Source: a virus
Strand: one strand, 5' to 3'
Virus record (IMG/VR): IMGVR_UViG_3300028569_000028
Coordinates: 1 to 64,000 of that record
Length of the DNA stretch: 64,000 nucleotides
Shown: positions 1 to 7,779 of the stretch, one piece after another
Layout: each line of letters opens with the position of its first letter
Position numbering within the stretch: position 1 is the stretch's first letter
The notes under the pieces: model-generated
Seen by the model: only the letters and a program-made list of their open reading frames with translations
The model's database searches: none
What the model was told of the DNA's origin: nothing
Made by a program: the position numbers and the translations under genes

Positions 1-40
1 CCCCCCCCTGCTGGGCTGGCCTCGCTCGTACCTCATCCCT

Positions 41-56
41 TGGCACAACTCTTGCA
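41..56 (+). promoter_or_regulatory. sigma54 (-24/-12) consensus site
   Basis: TGGCACAACTCTTGCA = TGGCAC-N5-TTGCA, GG-N10-GC spacing exact. Confidence 0.7.
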
Positions 57-59
57 CCA

Positions 60-75
60 TGCAACACTCATGCCA
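60..75 (-). promoter_or_regulatory. sigma54 consensus site, facing the site at 41-56
   Basis: reverse complement TGGCATGAGTGTTGCA, GG-N10-GC. Confidence 0.65.
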
Positions 76-95
76 TAGCTACGTGCCCTCCTAGT

Positions 96-111
96 TGGCA
101 CAGGACTTGCT
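96..111 (+). promoter_or_regulatory. sigma54 consensus site
   Basis: TGGCACAGGACTTGCT, GG-N10-GC. Confidence 0.7.
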
Positions 112-321
112 AGTCAGCTGGCTGCCAGTAATAGTTGGCATCTTTCTCAAGCCAGTCATTCACTTCTTTCATACTAGTAACTGTTGTGATTGTTTGGTCA
201 GTTGTTCCATCAAAGATAACATAAAGCATATACTTCTCCAATGTTTGTTTCTCTCCTAAGTTATAACACGGTTCCAGCCAAACGCACCAAACGTAGCAAT
301 CTCATGGGGTTATGCCATAAG

Positions 322-350
322 TTGACAGGCTGGGCGTTTACCTGTAGTAT
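322..350 (+). promoter_or_regulatory. sigma70-type early promoter
   Basis: TTGACA-17bp-TAGTAT just upstream of ORF 367. Confidence 0.7.
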
Positions 351-366
351 CTAGGTTATCAACACG

Positions 367-618
367 ATGCAACAAGGGGACAACATGAAGCTTTCATTAT
401 ACAAGTCACTGCTCACAAACAAGCGTACAGTGGTTGTTCTTAGTATTGGGAAGTGCGGTCATGAGGGCTATAGAGAAGTACAGGTAACATATCGCATGGG
501 GCACTACCAGTATCAGATAACTGAAGGCTACACTTGGTTGACAGCTGGATCATTGCCGGGAGAGAAGGGCTTGAAGAGTGTGCTGAATATATTGGAAGGG
601 AAGGCTAAGGCTTTATAA
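367..618 (+). CDS. hypothetical early protein
   Basis: ORF between promoter and terminator; likely start is ATG 385 after AAGGGG. Confidence 0.6.
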   Translation: MQQGDNMKLSLYKSLLTNKRTVVVLSIGKCGHEGYREVQVTYRMGHYQYQITEGYTWLTAGSLPGEKGLKSVLNILEGKAKAL

Positions 619-693
619 AACATATCGAGGGAAGCTTAAGTAGTTGTTTTCACAACGTCCATATGCTTACTTTTCCCTCATTTAACCCACCCC

Positions 694-735
694 AAAGAGC
701 TTGTGCTATACATTGCGCAGGCTCTTTTCTTTTTC
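694..735 (+). terminator. intrinsic terminator
   Basis: AAAGAGCTTGTGC-loop-GCGCAGGCTCTTT followed by a T-rich run. Confidence 0.65.
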
Positions 736-895
736 TTCCAATTGGATGTATAAAGCTTTTTGTTTGATAAGTTGACGTAACAAGTCTTAAGAGTGACGAT
801 ATTTCTTGTTTAGCTTAATCGACATGGGGCTAAACAAAGACACTTAACCTTAGAGTGTCACGTCAAACAAGTTTAGTTGAAGGAGAGTTTCTACC

Positions 896-911
896 TTCAA
901 AAACCATGCCA
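896..911 (-). promoter_or_regulatory. near-consensus sigma54 site
   Basis: rc TGGCATGGTTTTTGAA (TTGA instead of TTGC at -12). Confidence 0.4.
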
Positions 912-947
912 ATCGGTGGATGACATAGTGGGAATTTTTATTCCCTT

Positions 948-964
948 TGCAAGTCCTGTGCCAA
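948..964 (-). promoter_or_regulatory. sigma54 consensus site; 16-bp perfect inverted repeat of 95-110
   Basis: rc TTGGCACAGGACTTGCA. Confidence 0.7.
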
Positions 965-1107
965 GTTAATTAGTCTTGGTCTCTGGAATTATTCTGGTTA
1001 CGTTACCTTAAACCTTTTCGGTTTACCCTCTTGTAGTGCAGAAAAAACTTGTTTAAAGATGGTCCTTTTTAGCTCTCTTTTCACGCTTTACGGAGTCACC
1101 TTCATCT

Positions 1108-1119
1108 TATAAGGGTGTT
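1108..1119 (-). promoter_or_regulatory. copy of the putative late-promoter motif AACACCCTTATA
   Basis: exact 12-mer also at 44576, 51596 and 58252. Confidence 0.5.
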
Positions 1120-1256
1120 TATTCGTTGTCACTCATAAACGCTTGAAAAGCTTGAAAAGCATGTAAAAAGTTCACGGTTATTTACTTAACCCATTGCATT
1201 ATTTTACCAGTATGATACCTTCTTATTAACCGAAACACTTAACAAAGGATGAAACA

Positions 1257-1448
1257 ATGAAGTCACTTGAAACACTTAAAGCATTATCTGAATTACTTGA
1301 AAATAAAGCTCTTGTATACTTTAACGAGCTTGGCGACTTAGAGGCTTATAATCGCATCCAGATTGAGCTTAAAAGCGTTAATTCCTGTATACTTGAACTT
1401 ATGGTACAGGAACAGGAAGAGCGCATTAAACGAGCATTAATAGCTTAA
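1257..1448 (+). CDS. hypothetical protein
   Basis: ORF with AAGGA RBS. Confidence 0.6.
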   Translation: MKSLETLKALSELLENKALVYFNELGDLEAYNRIQIELKSVNSCILELMVQEQEERIKRALIA

Positions 1449-1460
1449 TAAGGGGACATT

Positions 1461-1772
1461 ATGAATAAAGCAATATGTAATGAAGTTATAGATTATTTAA
1501 CTAATTGGAAAGAGGCATTTTTAAATGGGTCTGACTGGTCCTTTGAAAAAGAATTAGGAATTGAGTGCATTACTGACTCACTTGATGGAATAAGTGAAAA
1601 AGGTCATCCCTGTTTTGCCTCTTATTTATTTAGCCAACTAAATGACAAGGAAAAAGAGTATATCTTGAACAACTTGGATGATGATTTAGAAAGTACATGG
1701 GAAGCTTTAAAAGATGATTATGATGCGATAAAAATAGCAATGGATAATTACATAAAAAAAGGCGAGTCATGA
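1461..1772 (+). CDS. hypothetical acidic protein
   Basis: ORF with AAGGGG RBS. Confidence 0.65.
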   Translation: MNKAICNEVIDYLTNWKEAFLNGSDWSFEKELGIECITDSLDGISEKGHPCFASYLFSQLNDKEKEYILNNLDDDLESTWEALKDDYDAIKIAMDNYIKKGES

Positions 1773-1830
1773 TTTTACTTTCATGGGTTTTAAAGGCATT
1801 AGCTTTTTATCTTTTATGTAAACTTTTTAG

Positions 1831-1859
1831 TTGACGCATTGAATGGAAAAGACTAAAAT
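1831..1859 (+). promoter_or_regulatory. sigma70-type promoter
   Basis: TTGACG-17bp-TAAAAT. Confidence 0.65.
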
Positions 1860-1886
1860 AAAGCAGGACTAAAAAAGGGGAACAAA

Positions 1887-2117
1887 ATGAGATTCGGTTT
1901 TAAAATTCATTTAGATGATATTGCTCAAAAGTTAGTGGATAAGGGATTCACGAGTCAACAAATTGATTCTAATGAACTCACTAATATTGTGGCAGAACTT
2001 TTGCAGGACGAATATGATTTTTTTACTTCATTGGAAGAAGAGATGCAAAAAATCGAAAATGGTGAAATTAAGCCAAGAAATAGAGCAGAATATGACGAAT
2101 CAATCGGGGAGTTTTAA
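1887..2117 (+). CDS. hypothetical acidic protein
   Basis: ORF with GGGG RBS. Confidence 0.65.
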   Translation: MRFGFKIHLDDIAQKLVDKGFTSQQIDSNELTNIVAELLQDEYDFFTSLEEEMQKIENGEIKPRNRAEYDESIGEF

Positions 2118-2119
2118 TT

Positions 2120-2401
2120 ATGAATATTCAAGAATTTAAAAATGAAGTTAAGGGTAATTTTTTTAGAGCTTGCTTCGTGAAAAAGGATGGCACGTTTCGA
2201 GAAATGACTGCGCGTTTTGGAGTTAAGAAATATCTTAAGGGTGGAGAATTAAAATATTCACCTGAGGCGCATAACTATATTGTAGTTTTTGACATTGATA
2301 AAAAAGAATATCGCACTATTAACATGGATAAACTTGTTTATCTGCGTTATAATGGCAAAGAAGTAATTGGCGATAAGGCTTTACTTTACGCTTTAAACTA
2401 A
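2120..2401 (+). CDS. SH3 beta-barrel (WYL-like/DUF2693-type) protein
   Basis: FVKKDGTFREMTA...VVFDIDKKEYRTI pattern. Confidence 0.6.
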   Translation: MNIQEFKNEVKGNFFRACFVKKDGTFREMTARFGVKKYLKGGELKYSPEAHNYIVVFDIDKKEYRTINMDKLVYLRYNGKEVIGDKALLYALN

Positions 2402-2529
2402 GGAATTTTTATGATTAAACCTATTTTAATTCTCTTTGTTTTTTCTTTACTTGTTTCAGCTTTGAAACCAAGTCCCAGTGTAAAAGAGTTAACGCAAGTA
2501 AATAAAACTTATTGCAAGGACATATGTAA

Positions 2530-2712
2530 ATGAAAAAAGAAACCACCTTAAAACTAAATAAGAGAGAATTAGAAATTATTAAAGATGCTTTAGATAATCA
2601 TAAAGTAATAGTTAAGATTAAAGCTTATAATTCAAATTCTCAGCGTAGAGAACTTGCTATAAATGAACTTTACAATATTGAAAGCATTGAAAAAAAAATA
2701 AAGGTAATATAA
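2530..2712 (+). CDS. hypothetical protein
   Basis: ORF in tightly packed operon. Confidence 0.55.
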   Translation: MKKETTLKLNKRELEIIKDALDNHKVIVKIKAYNSNSQRRELAINELYNIESIEKKIKVI

Positions 2713-3056
2713 TGAAAACATACTTAATTGATCTTGATGGAATTGACTCTGAAATTTTTAAAAGCCTTATGGGGTTTGTCCTTACGACTGGACTTAATTT
2801 TAGAAAGGTTGACCAAAAAACAGAAAGCGGAACCGGTAGAACTCTTTTTGTAGAGCTTGCCACAAAAGGCGAAGAAACAGCTTTAAAAGCGTTTTTAGAA
2901 AAACAAAGCATTACCCCACCTATTATCATTGGGAATGCTAATAAAGCCAATTTAGCCGGTAAAAATCTGGGTGTTTTTTCTTTAGTTGAAGAACCAATTG
3001 GAAACTATTATCAGGATAAAACTACCGGCAAGAAATTTGCCATTGTGAGGAGCTAA
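2712..3056 (+). CDS. hypothetical protein
   Basis: TAATG-coupled ORF. Confidence 0.6.
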   Translation: MKTYLIDLDGIDSEIFKSLMGFVLTTGLNFRKVDQKTESGTGRTLFVELATKGEETALKAFLEKQSITPPIIIGNANKANLAGKNLGVFSLVEEPIGNYYQDKTTGKKFAIVRS

Positions 3057-3390
3057 TGTCTAAGTTTGGATTCTTATTTTATCTTATTACTGGTTTAAGT
3101 TTGGCAATGTTAACTAATTTACTAGTAAAGCTTTAATTATGAATAAATTGCAGAGCTTTTTATTGCTTATCGGTGTTTTTGGACTTATGATTGTGGCTGG
3201 TGGAATTGTTTATAACTTATTTATGGGAGAACTAAATGATGAATAATGAGCAAATTGAAAACACTATTAACGAAACGTGTGACCTGCTTGACCTTGCCGT
3301 AAACGAGCAGGAAAAAAAGCTTTTAGAGGCTAAGCTTTTTGAGCTTGTAGAACAATTGAATGGGAACACTATTTATTTAACGGTGCAATA

Positions 3391-3594
3391 ATGGAAGTTG
3401 AAATAGGCGATGTTTTTAGAGATAATCATAAAAGTTACATAGAGTATCTGTTTAAAGTTGTGGAAATAATAGACCACATTCGTGTAGATTGTGAGGTTCA
3501 TTTAGCAGGTGGTTGTTTTAGACGTTCAATTGAGCATAAAAATACCTTGCTTAAAATGCAAAAGCTTTCAAGTTTAGAAAGGGAATTATTATGA
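3391..3594 (+). CDS. small SH3/KOW-like protein with C-terminal SSLERELL tail
   Basis: EIGDVF N-terminus; shared C-terminal motif. Confidence 0.65.
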   Translation: MEVEIGDVFRDNHKSYIEYLFKVVEIIDHIRVDCEVHLAGGCFRRSIEHKNTLLKMQKLSSLERELL

Positions 3595-4058
3595 ATATTT
3601 TCGTTTCCTCATCTTGTCCGATTCAATCGGCTAAATATCTCGACAATTCCAGATGCATCAAAATGTGTCTTGAATCCGCTCAACTACTTTCGACAGCGTT
3701 ACGAGTCAACGGCTATAAGGGCGATGATGTCTATAAAATAGCTCATCTTAACCATCCGAGTTCGCGCTGGTGTAGAACTACCCAAGGCAATTACAAATGG
3801 CTTTTAGAGCATTTTAAAGCGTTATGCGATGAGTATACCCGACGCACTGGAAAGATTCATGCAAGTTCTAAACTATTGCCTATTTTTGAGCGAGGCGTTA
3901 GCCTCATTCCAGTGGGTGAGCGTATGCCTTTTTCAAACAATGCAAGAAACTTGACGAAAGGTGTTGACTTTACGCATGAAACTAATGTAACATTGGCATA
4001 TCAACTTTACCTCTCAACTCGTTGGGAGAGTGATGCAAGGGAGCCAAAATGGAGCTAA
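3591..4058 (+). CDS. pyrimidine dimer DNA glycosylase / endonuclease V-like protein
   Basis: MNIF...KMCLESAQLLST...YKIAHLNHP..RW...NYKWL...LCDEYTRR.GKIH. Confidence 0.8.
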   Translation: MNIFVSSSCPIQSAKYLDNSRCIKMCLESAQLLSTALRVNGYKGDDVYKIAHLNHPSSRWCRTTQGNYKWLLEHFKALCDEYTRRTGKIHASSKLLPIFERGVSLIPVGERMPFSNNARNLTKGVDFTHETNVTLAYQLYLSTRWESDAREPKWS

Positions 4059-4420
4059 GTATGGAAGAAATGATTAAAGAACTTTCATCCACTAGTATCA
4101 CATCGGTTGTAGGAAAAGATGGGGAGTCAGCTCTTATCTGGACTATAGAAGGGTGTAATGTAGAATTTGAAAATACTAATATAAAAGCAAATAATGACGA
4201 TATGGAGATTTTTTCATTACTTAGTAAAATGTATATTTCTAACGATTTAGAGATTATGCGAGAAATAGTCACAGGAAGATTAGGTTCAAAAACTTTTAAT
4301 TCTCAAAATAAATCAATAGGGGAGTTAGAAAATGATATTATGGTAAATCTAAAAAAACTTTATCCAGATATTAAACACTTAGTAAAATTTAAAAAAGGAG
4401 AAAACAATGGAAACAATTAA
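4049..4420 (+). CDS. hypothetical protein
   Basis: ORF overlapping its neighbours. Confidence 0.55.
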   Translation: MELSMEEMIKELSSTSITSVVGKDGESALIWTIEGCNVEFENTNIKANNDDMEIFSLLSKMYISNDLEIMREIVTGRLGSKTFNSQNKSIGELENDIMVNLKKLYPDIKHLVKFKKGENNGNN

Positions 4421-4637
4421 GAAATTCAAAAACAGAAAGCTTTACAGCAAAACAACGAAAGGATATGTTACACTTAACTATCTGGTGGATAAGATAAGAC
4501 GTAATGAATCATTCCAAGTTGTAGAGCATGGCACTAACAACGATATAACGACTAAAACACTACGTCAGGCACTAACTACGGTTGAACTTACTGAGGATAT
4601 TATGCGAAAGGTTATTCTTGCCAATGGTTCGAATTAA
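4407..4637 (+). CDS. PhaR/PHB-accumulation regulator N-terminal DNA-binding domain protein
   Basis: IKKFKNRKLYSKTTKGYVTL...F.V....NDIT.KTLRQ matches the PhaR-N pattern IKKYxNRRLY..YITL. Confidence 0.75.
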   Translation: METIKKFKNRKLYSKTTKGYVTLNYLVDKIRRNESFQVVEHGTNNDITTKTLRQALTTVELTEDIMRKVILANGSN

Positions 4638-4896
4638 TTATAAGAAATTAAGCGAAAGTGTTATACAAAGCAAAGAGCTGACTTCCGTTAAGGGAGTCGG
4701 CTATTTTGTTCGTATTGACTATGAAAAAGGTTTGTGGCAGATTTTCAATGCCAAGCGTAGGAATTGCATTAAAAGCGGGACAAGCGATAATAAGAACGTT
4801 CTAAGACGCGCAGCAAGGCGAGAACTTCAAAGTTTAGGGGTAAGGCTTGAAAAAGAATTCACCGAAAAAGGATATTCAAAAACCAGAAGTGGGTGA
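4582..4896 (+). CDS. hypothetical basic protein (likely start 4624)
   Basis: ORF; MVRINYKK start more plausible. Confidence 0.55.
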   Translation: MNLLRILCERLFLPMVRINYKKLSESVIQSKELTSVKGVGYFVRIDYEKGLWQIFNAKRRNCIKSGTSDNKNVLRRAARRELQSLGVRLEKEFTEKGYSKTRSG

Positions 4897-5089
4897 ATTT
4901 TATAAGTTATTTAGATATAGAGGCTTAGACTATGGGAATATTATAGAAATTTTAAAAATTGAAGGTAATGTAGCATTTTATAGAACTCTAGATGGTAGCG
5001 ATTGTGTTTATAATAGTTACTGGGATTTTATTAGTTTTACAGATGTTTTTGATAGGAAACTTACTCCACTGGAAGTCGAGCTTTTATGA
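4847..5089 (+). CDS. small SH3/KOW-like protein with C-terminal TPLEVELL tail
   Basis: PEVGEFY; shared C-terminal motif. Confidence 0.6.
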   Translation: MKKNSPKKDIQKPEVGEFYKLFRYRGLDYGNIIEILKIEGNVAFYRTLDGSDCVYNSYWDFISFTDVFDRKLTPLEVELL

Positions 5090-5262
5090 TTGTATATATT
5101 CTAACAATTTCTATGGTTTATGGTTCAACTACTTATGGCTATAAGTTTATAGAGAAAGCTAATTGTGAGAAAGTAGGAAAAGACCTCACAAAAAGCTTAA
5201 AGTATTCGCAGTTTACTTGCAAAAAGAAACACCACGTTATACAATAAAAGTAGGAGGATTTT

Positions 5263-5763
5263 ATGAACCTAATAGAAAAATTCGAGAACATGCCTTTTCA
5301 AGATGTTAAAACTTTCAACAGCATCTTTAAAAATAGCCCAATTACTGACTTTCCTTTTGACTTAGAAGTTGAGATTGGACATCTAACAACAGATAACCAA
5401 AGAAAAGTAAAAGTTGGCGAGACTATTCTATTCTTAAACCTAACGCAAAAAATCCTAGCAGGTGTTAGAAAAGTCAATAAAAATAATAAAAAGCTTGAGA
5501 AAGTTAATTTAACAACTCTTAAAACACTTCCAGCTATTTATTCAAAGCTTACCCCTACCGAATTCATGACTTATCTTGCAATTAAAGAACTAAAAGAAGT
5601 GGATAGTATCACAGCATTATCCAGAGTTATACCAATGACGACAAAAACTATTTCTACTTGTTTGATAAAGCTATCAAATTTAGGATTGATACAAAAAAAG
5701 AAAGTATCTAATGGAGATAAAACATTTTTAAAAATCGTTGACACAGGCAAACTTTTAGATTAA
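5263..5763 (+). CDS. helix-turn-helix (winged-helix-like) protein
   Basis: LTPTEF...SITALSRVIPMTTKTISTCLIKLSNLGLI C-terminal wHTH pattern; AGGAGG RBS. Confidence 0.6.
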   Translation: MNLIEKFENMPFQDVKTFNSIFKNSPITDFPFDLEVEIGHLTTDNQRKVKVGETILFLNLTQKILAGVRKVNKNNKKLEKVNLTTLKTLPAIYSKLTPTEFMTYLAIKELKEVDSITALSRVIPMTTKTISTCLIKLSNLGLIQKKKVSNGDKTFLKIVDTGKLLD

Positions 5764-5766
5764 CAT
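5738..5766 (+). promoter_or_regulatory. sigma70-type promoter
   Basis: TTGACA-17bp-TAACAT upstream of the AAA gene. Confidence 0.55.
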
Positions 5767-5796
5767 TTACTTGGGGATAATATACAGGAGGAACTT

Positions 5797-6954
5797 ATGA
5801 ATATTACACAACTTAAAACCAGCATTCCGTTTCTTATTCAATCTGGACTTGTGCCAAACATTATCGGCAAACATGGTATTGGTAAATCTTCAGTGATTGC
5901 TCAATTTGCCAAAGATAATGGCTATTCTTTCCATCCTTTCTTTCTGGGCCAAATGTCCGACACAGGCGATTTATTGGGACTTCCAGAGTTTGACCGAGAT
6001 GCTAATGGTAAAGCTATTTCAACTAATTTTATTCATCCAGCTAAGCTTCCAAAAAAGCCACGTTCGATTCTATTCTTTGATGAGCTTAATCGTGCATCAA
6101 AAGACTTGCTTCAGGCTATCTTCCAGCTTGCTCTTGAGGGTACTATTCACGACTATACTCTTCCACCAGATTCAGCGATTATCATGGCAATGAATCCAGC
6201 AACAGACGATTATTCTGTACTTGATTTTGCCGACAAAGCTTTTGCGGATCGTTTCGTTCACATTAACCTTGACCCGACTCACGAAGAGTTTCATGCTTAT
6301 ATGACTTCTCGTTATGGCACAAGTGATGTAAGTTCGTTTCTACGTCAGCAAACAAAACTTCTTGAGGAGACTGATCTTGCTCCTGTGACTCTTGAGTTTG
6401 TTAAGCCTTCAAGACGTTCATGGGATAGACTTCAAAAGCTTCAAAACACTGGAATGCCTGAGAATCTATTTAGAGAAGCTGGCATGGGTATTGTTGGAAC
6501 GGCTGCAATGATTGCTTATAGCTCTTGGAAGGAAACTCAGATAAAGATTATTGAAGGTGCTGAGATTTTAGATAATTATGCAGCGGTGAGAGAAAGATAC
6601 CTTGGCTATTTCAAGGATGTTGAATCTCCAAGAAATGACATTGTGTCTACCGTTTGTTCCAACTTTTCAGAGGAACTCACAAAGCGTCTTAAGAGCGGTA
6701 ATCTAAATCTTTCTGAAGGTAAAAATGCCGCAGCTTTCTTGCTTGACTCTCCAATTGAGAACTGCTATTCAACTCTTCTTCCTTTTAGACTTATGGAAGA
6801 ATTTACTAATGACTCAGTAATTATTGATTGCTTGCTTGAGAATAAAGAACTTGTAAATAGAGTAAAAGAAGCTAAGAAAGCAAAAGAAGCTTATTTAAAA
6901 GCAAAAGAGAAGCGAGACAACAAAAATAAACTTGATGAAGAAATACCATTTTAA
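5797..6954 (+). CDS. MoxR-like AAA+ ATPase
   Basis: Walker A GKHGIGKS, Walker B ILFFDELNR, AMNP sensor, DRF Arg finger; upstream of a vWA partner. Confidence 0.85.
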   Translation: MNITQLKTSIPFLIQSGLVPNIIGKHGIGKSSVIAQFAKDNGYSFHPFFLGQMSDTGDLLGLPEFDRDANGKAISTNFIHPAKLPKKPRSILFFDELNRASKDLLQAIFQLALEGTIHDYTLPPDSAIIMAMNPATDDYSVLDFADKAFADRFVHINLDPTHEEFHAYMTSRYGTSDVSSFLRQQTKLLEETDLAPVTLEFVKPSRRSWDRLQKLQNTGMPENLFREAGMGIVGTAAMIAYSSWKETQIKIIEGAEILDNYAAVRERYLGYFKDVESPRNDIVSTVCSNFSEELTKRLKSGNLNLSEGKNAAAFLLDSPIENCYSTLLPFRLMEEFTNDSVIIDCLLENKELVNRVKEAKKAKEAYLKAKEKRDNKNKLDEEIPF

Positions 6955-6997
6955 ATCTTGACGCAAGAACTCTCCTTCTAGTATCATTGCGTTGTGT

Positions 6998-7033
6998 GAA
7001 GAGGCGGATTCCCCACCGCCTCTTCTTTTTTTT
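6998..7033 (+). terminator. intrinsic terminator
   Basis: GAAGAGGCGG-8nt-CCGCCTCTTC followed by T8. Confidence 0.8.
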
Positions 7034-7044
7034 AGGAGAATAGT

Positions 7045-7770
7045 ATGATTTCAAAACTTACCCCAGAACAAGAATCTAAAATTCCTGAATATTTAAACTA
7101 TTGGCTTAGTGTTGGTTTAAGAACTGAAACAATTGATAGGGAAAGAGCTAAAGAATCTATAGATTTTCTTTATACTAAGATTTTAAAGATAGATAAGCCG
7201 AAACAATATCTTTTTTTAGACTCTCCAATGGCTTGTCAGATCTTTTTAAATAGTTCTAACCAGCTTGAGAACCAGCTTAGGAACCAGCTTGGGAACCAGC
7301 TTTGGAACCAGCTTAGGAACCGGCTTTGGAACCAGCTTGAGAACCAGCTTGAGAACCAGCTTAGGAACCAGCTTAGGAACCAGCTTTGGAACCAGCTTAG
7401 GGACCCGCTTAGGGACCAGCTTGAGAACCAGCTTGGGGACCAAAAAATGCAATTTACTTATGAATCCAAAACAAATTGGATGCAGTATTATTATTGGCAC
7501 TATTCGTTTATTTTAAACGAGCTATTTCCTGAAAAAAAGAAAGATTTTAGTTTATTTTTGGAATACTTGGAACACTCTAAGCACTACCATCACACTTATC
7601 TTTCTCCAGACATAGCGGTATTCTCTGACTTTCCTAAAACTATATCAGTAAACTCAGAAGGAAAGCTTGACAATGCGCAAGGAAAAGCTTTAGAATATAG
7701 AGATGGGTATGGCTTTTATGCTTCAAATGGTATTACAGTTAGATCATCATTAGAATTAGAGCTTTTATAA
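7045..7770 (+). CDS. DUF6745-like protein with NQLx tetrapeptide repeats and SSLELELL tail
   Basis: KLTPEQE...LDSP N-terminus, repeat tract, P..I..N.EGKL....KALEYRDGYGFY..NG C-terminus. Confidence 0.65.
   Translation: MISKLTPEQESKIPEYLNYWLSVGLRTETIDRERAKESIDFLYTKILKIDKPKQYLFLDSPMACQIFLNSSNQLENQLRNQLGNQLWNQLRNRLWNQLENQLENQLRNQLRNQLWNQLRDPLRDQLENQLGDQKMQFTYESKTNWMQYYYWHYSFILNELFPEKKKDFSLFLEYLEHSKHYHHTYLSPDIAVFSDFPKTISVNSEGKLDNAQGKALEYRDGYGFYASNGITVRSSLELELL
7258..7437 (+). repeat. 15 x 12-bp tandem repeat AACCAGCTTnnG (NQL[ERGW])
   Basis: read directly from the sequence. Confidence 0.95.
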
Positions 7771-7779
7771 GGGGTACTT

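Noticed and set aside
95-964. Invertible segment bounded by the 16-bp inverted repeat
   Set aside because: No recombinase is recognisable in the window, and the repeat is fully explained as two sigma54-type sites.
7258-7437. Repeat array as a CRISPR, and the alternative-frame ORFs 7246-7500 and 7265-7516
   Set aside because: 12-bp units have no spacers and lie in frame within a CDS; the other ORFs are stop-free by-products of the repeat.
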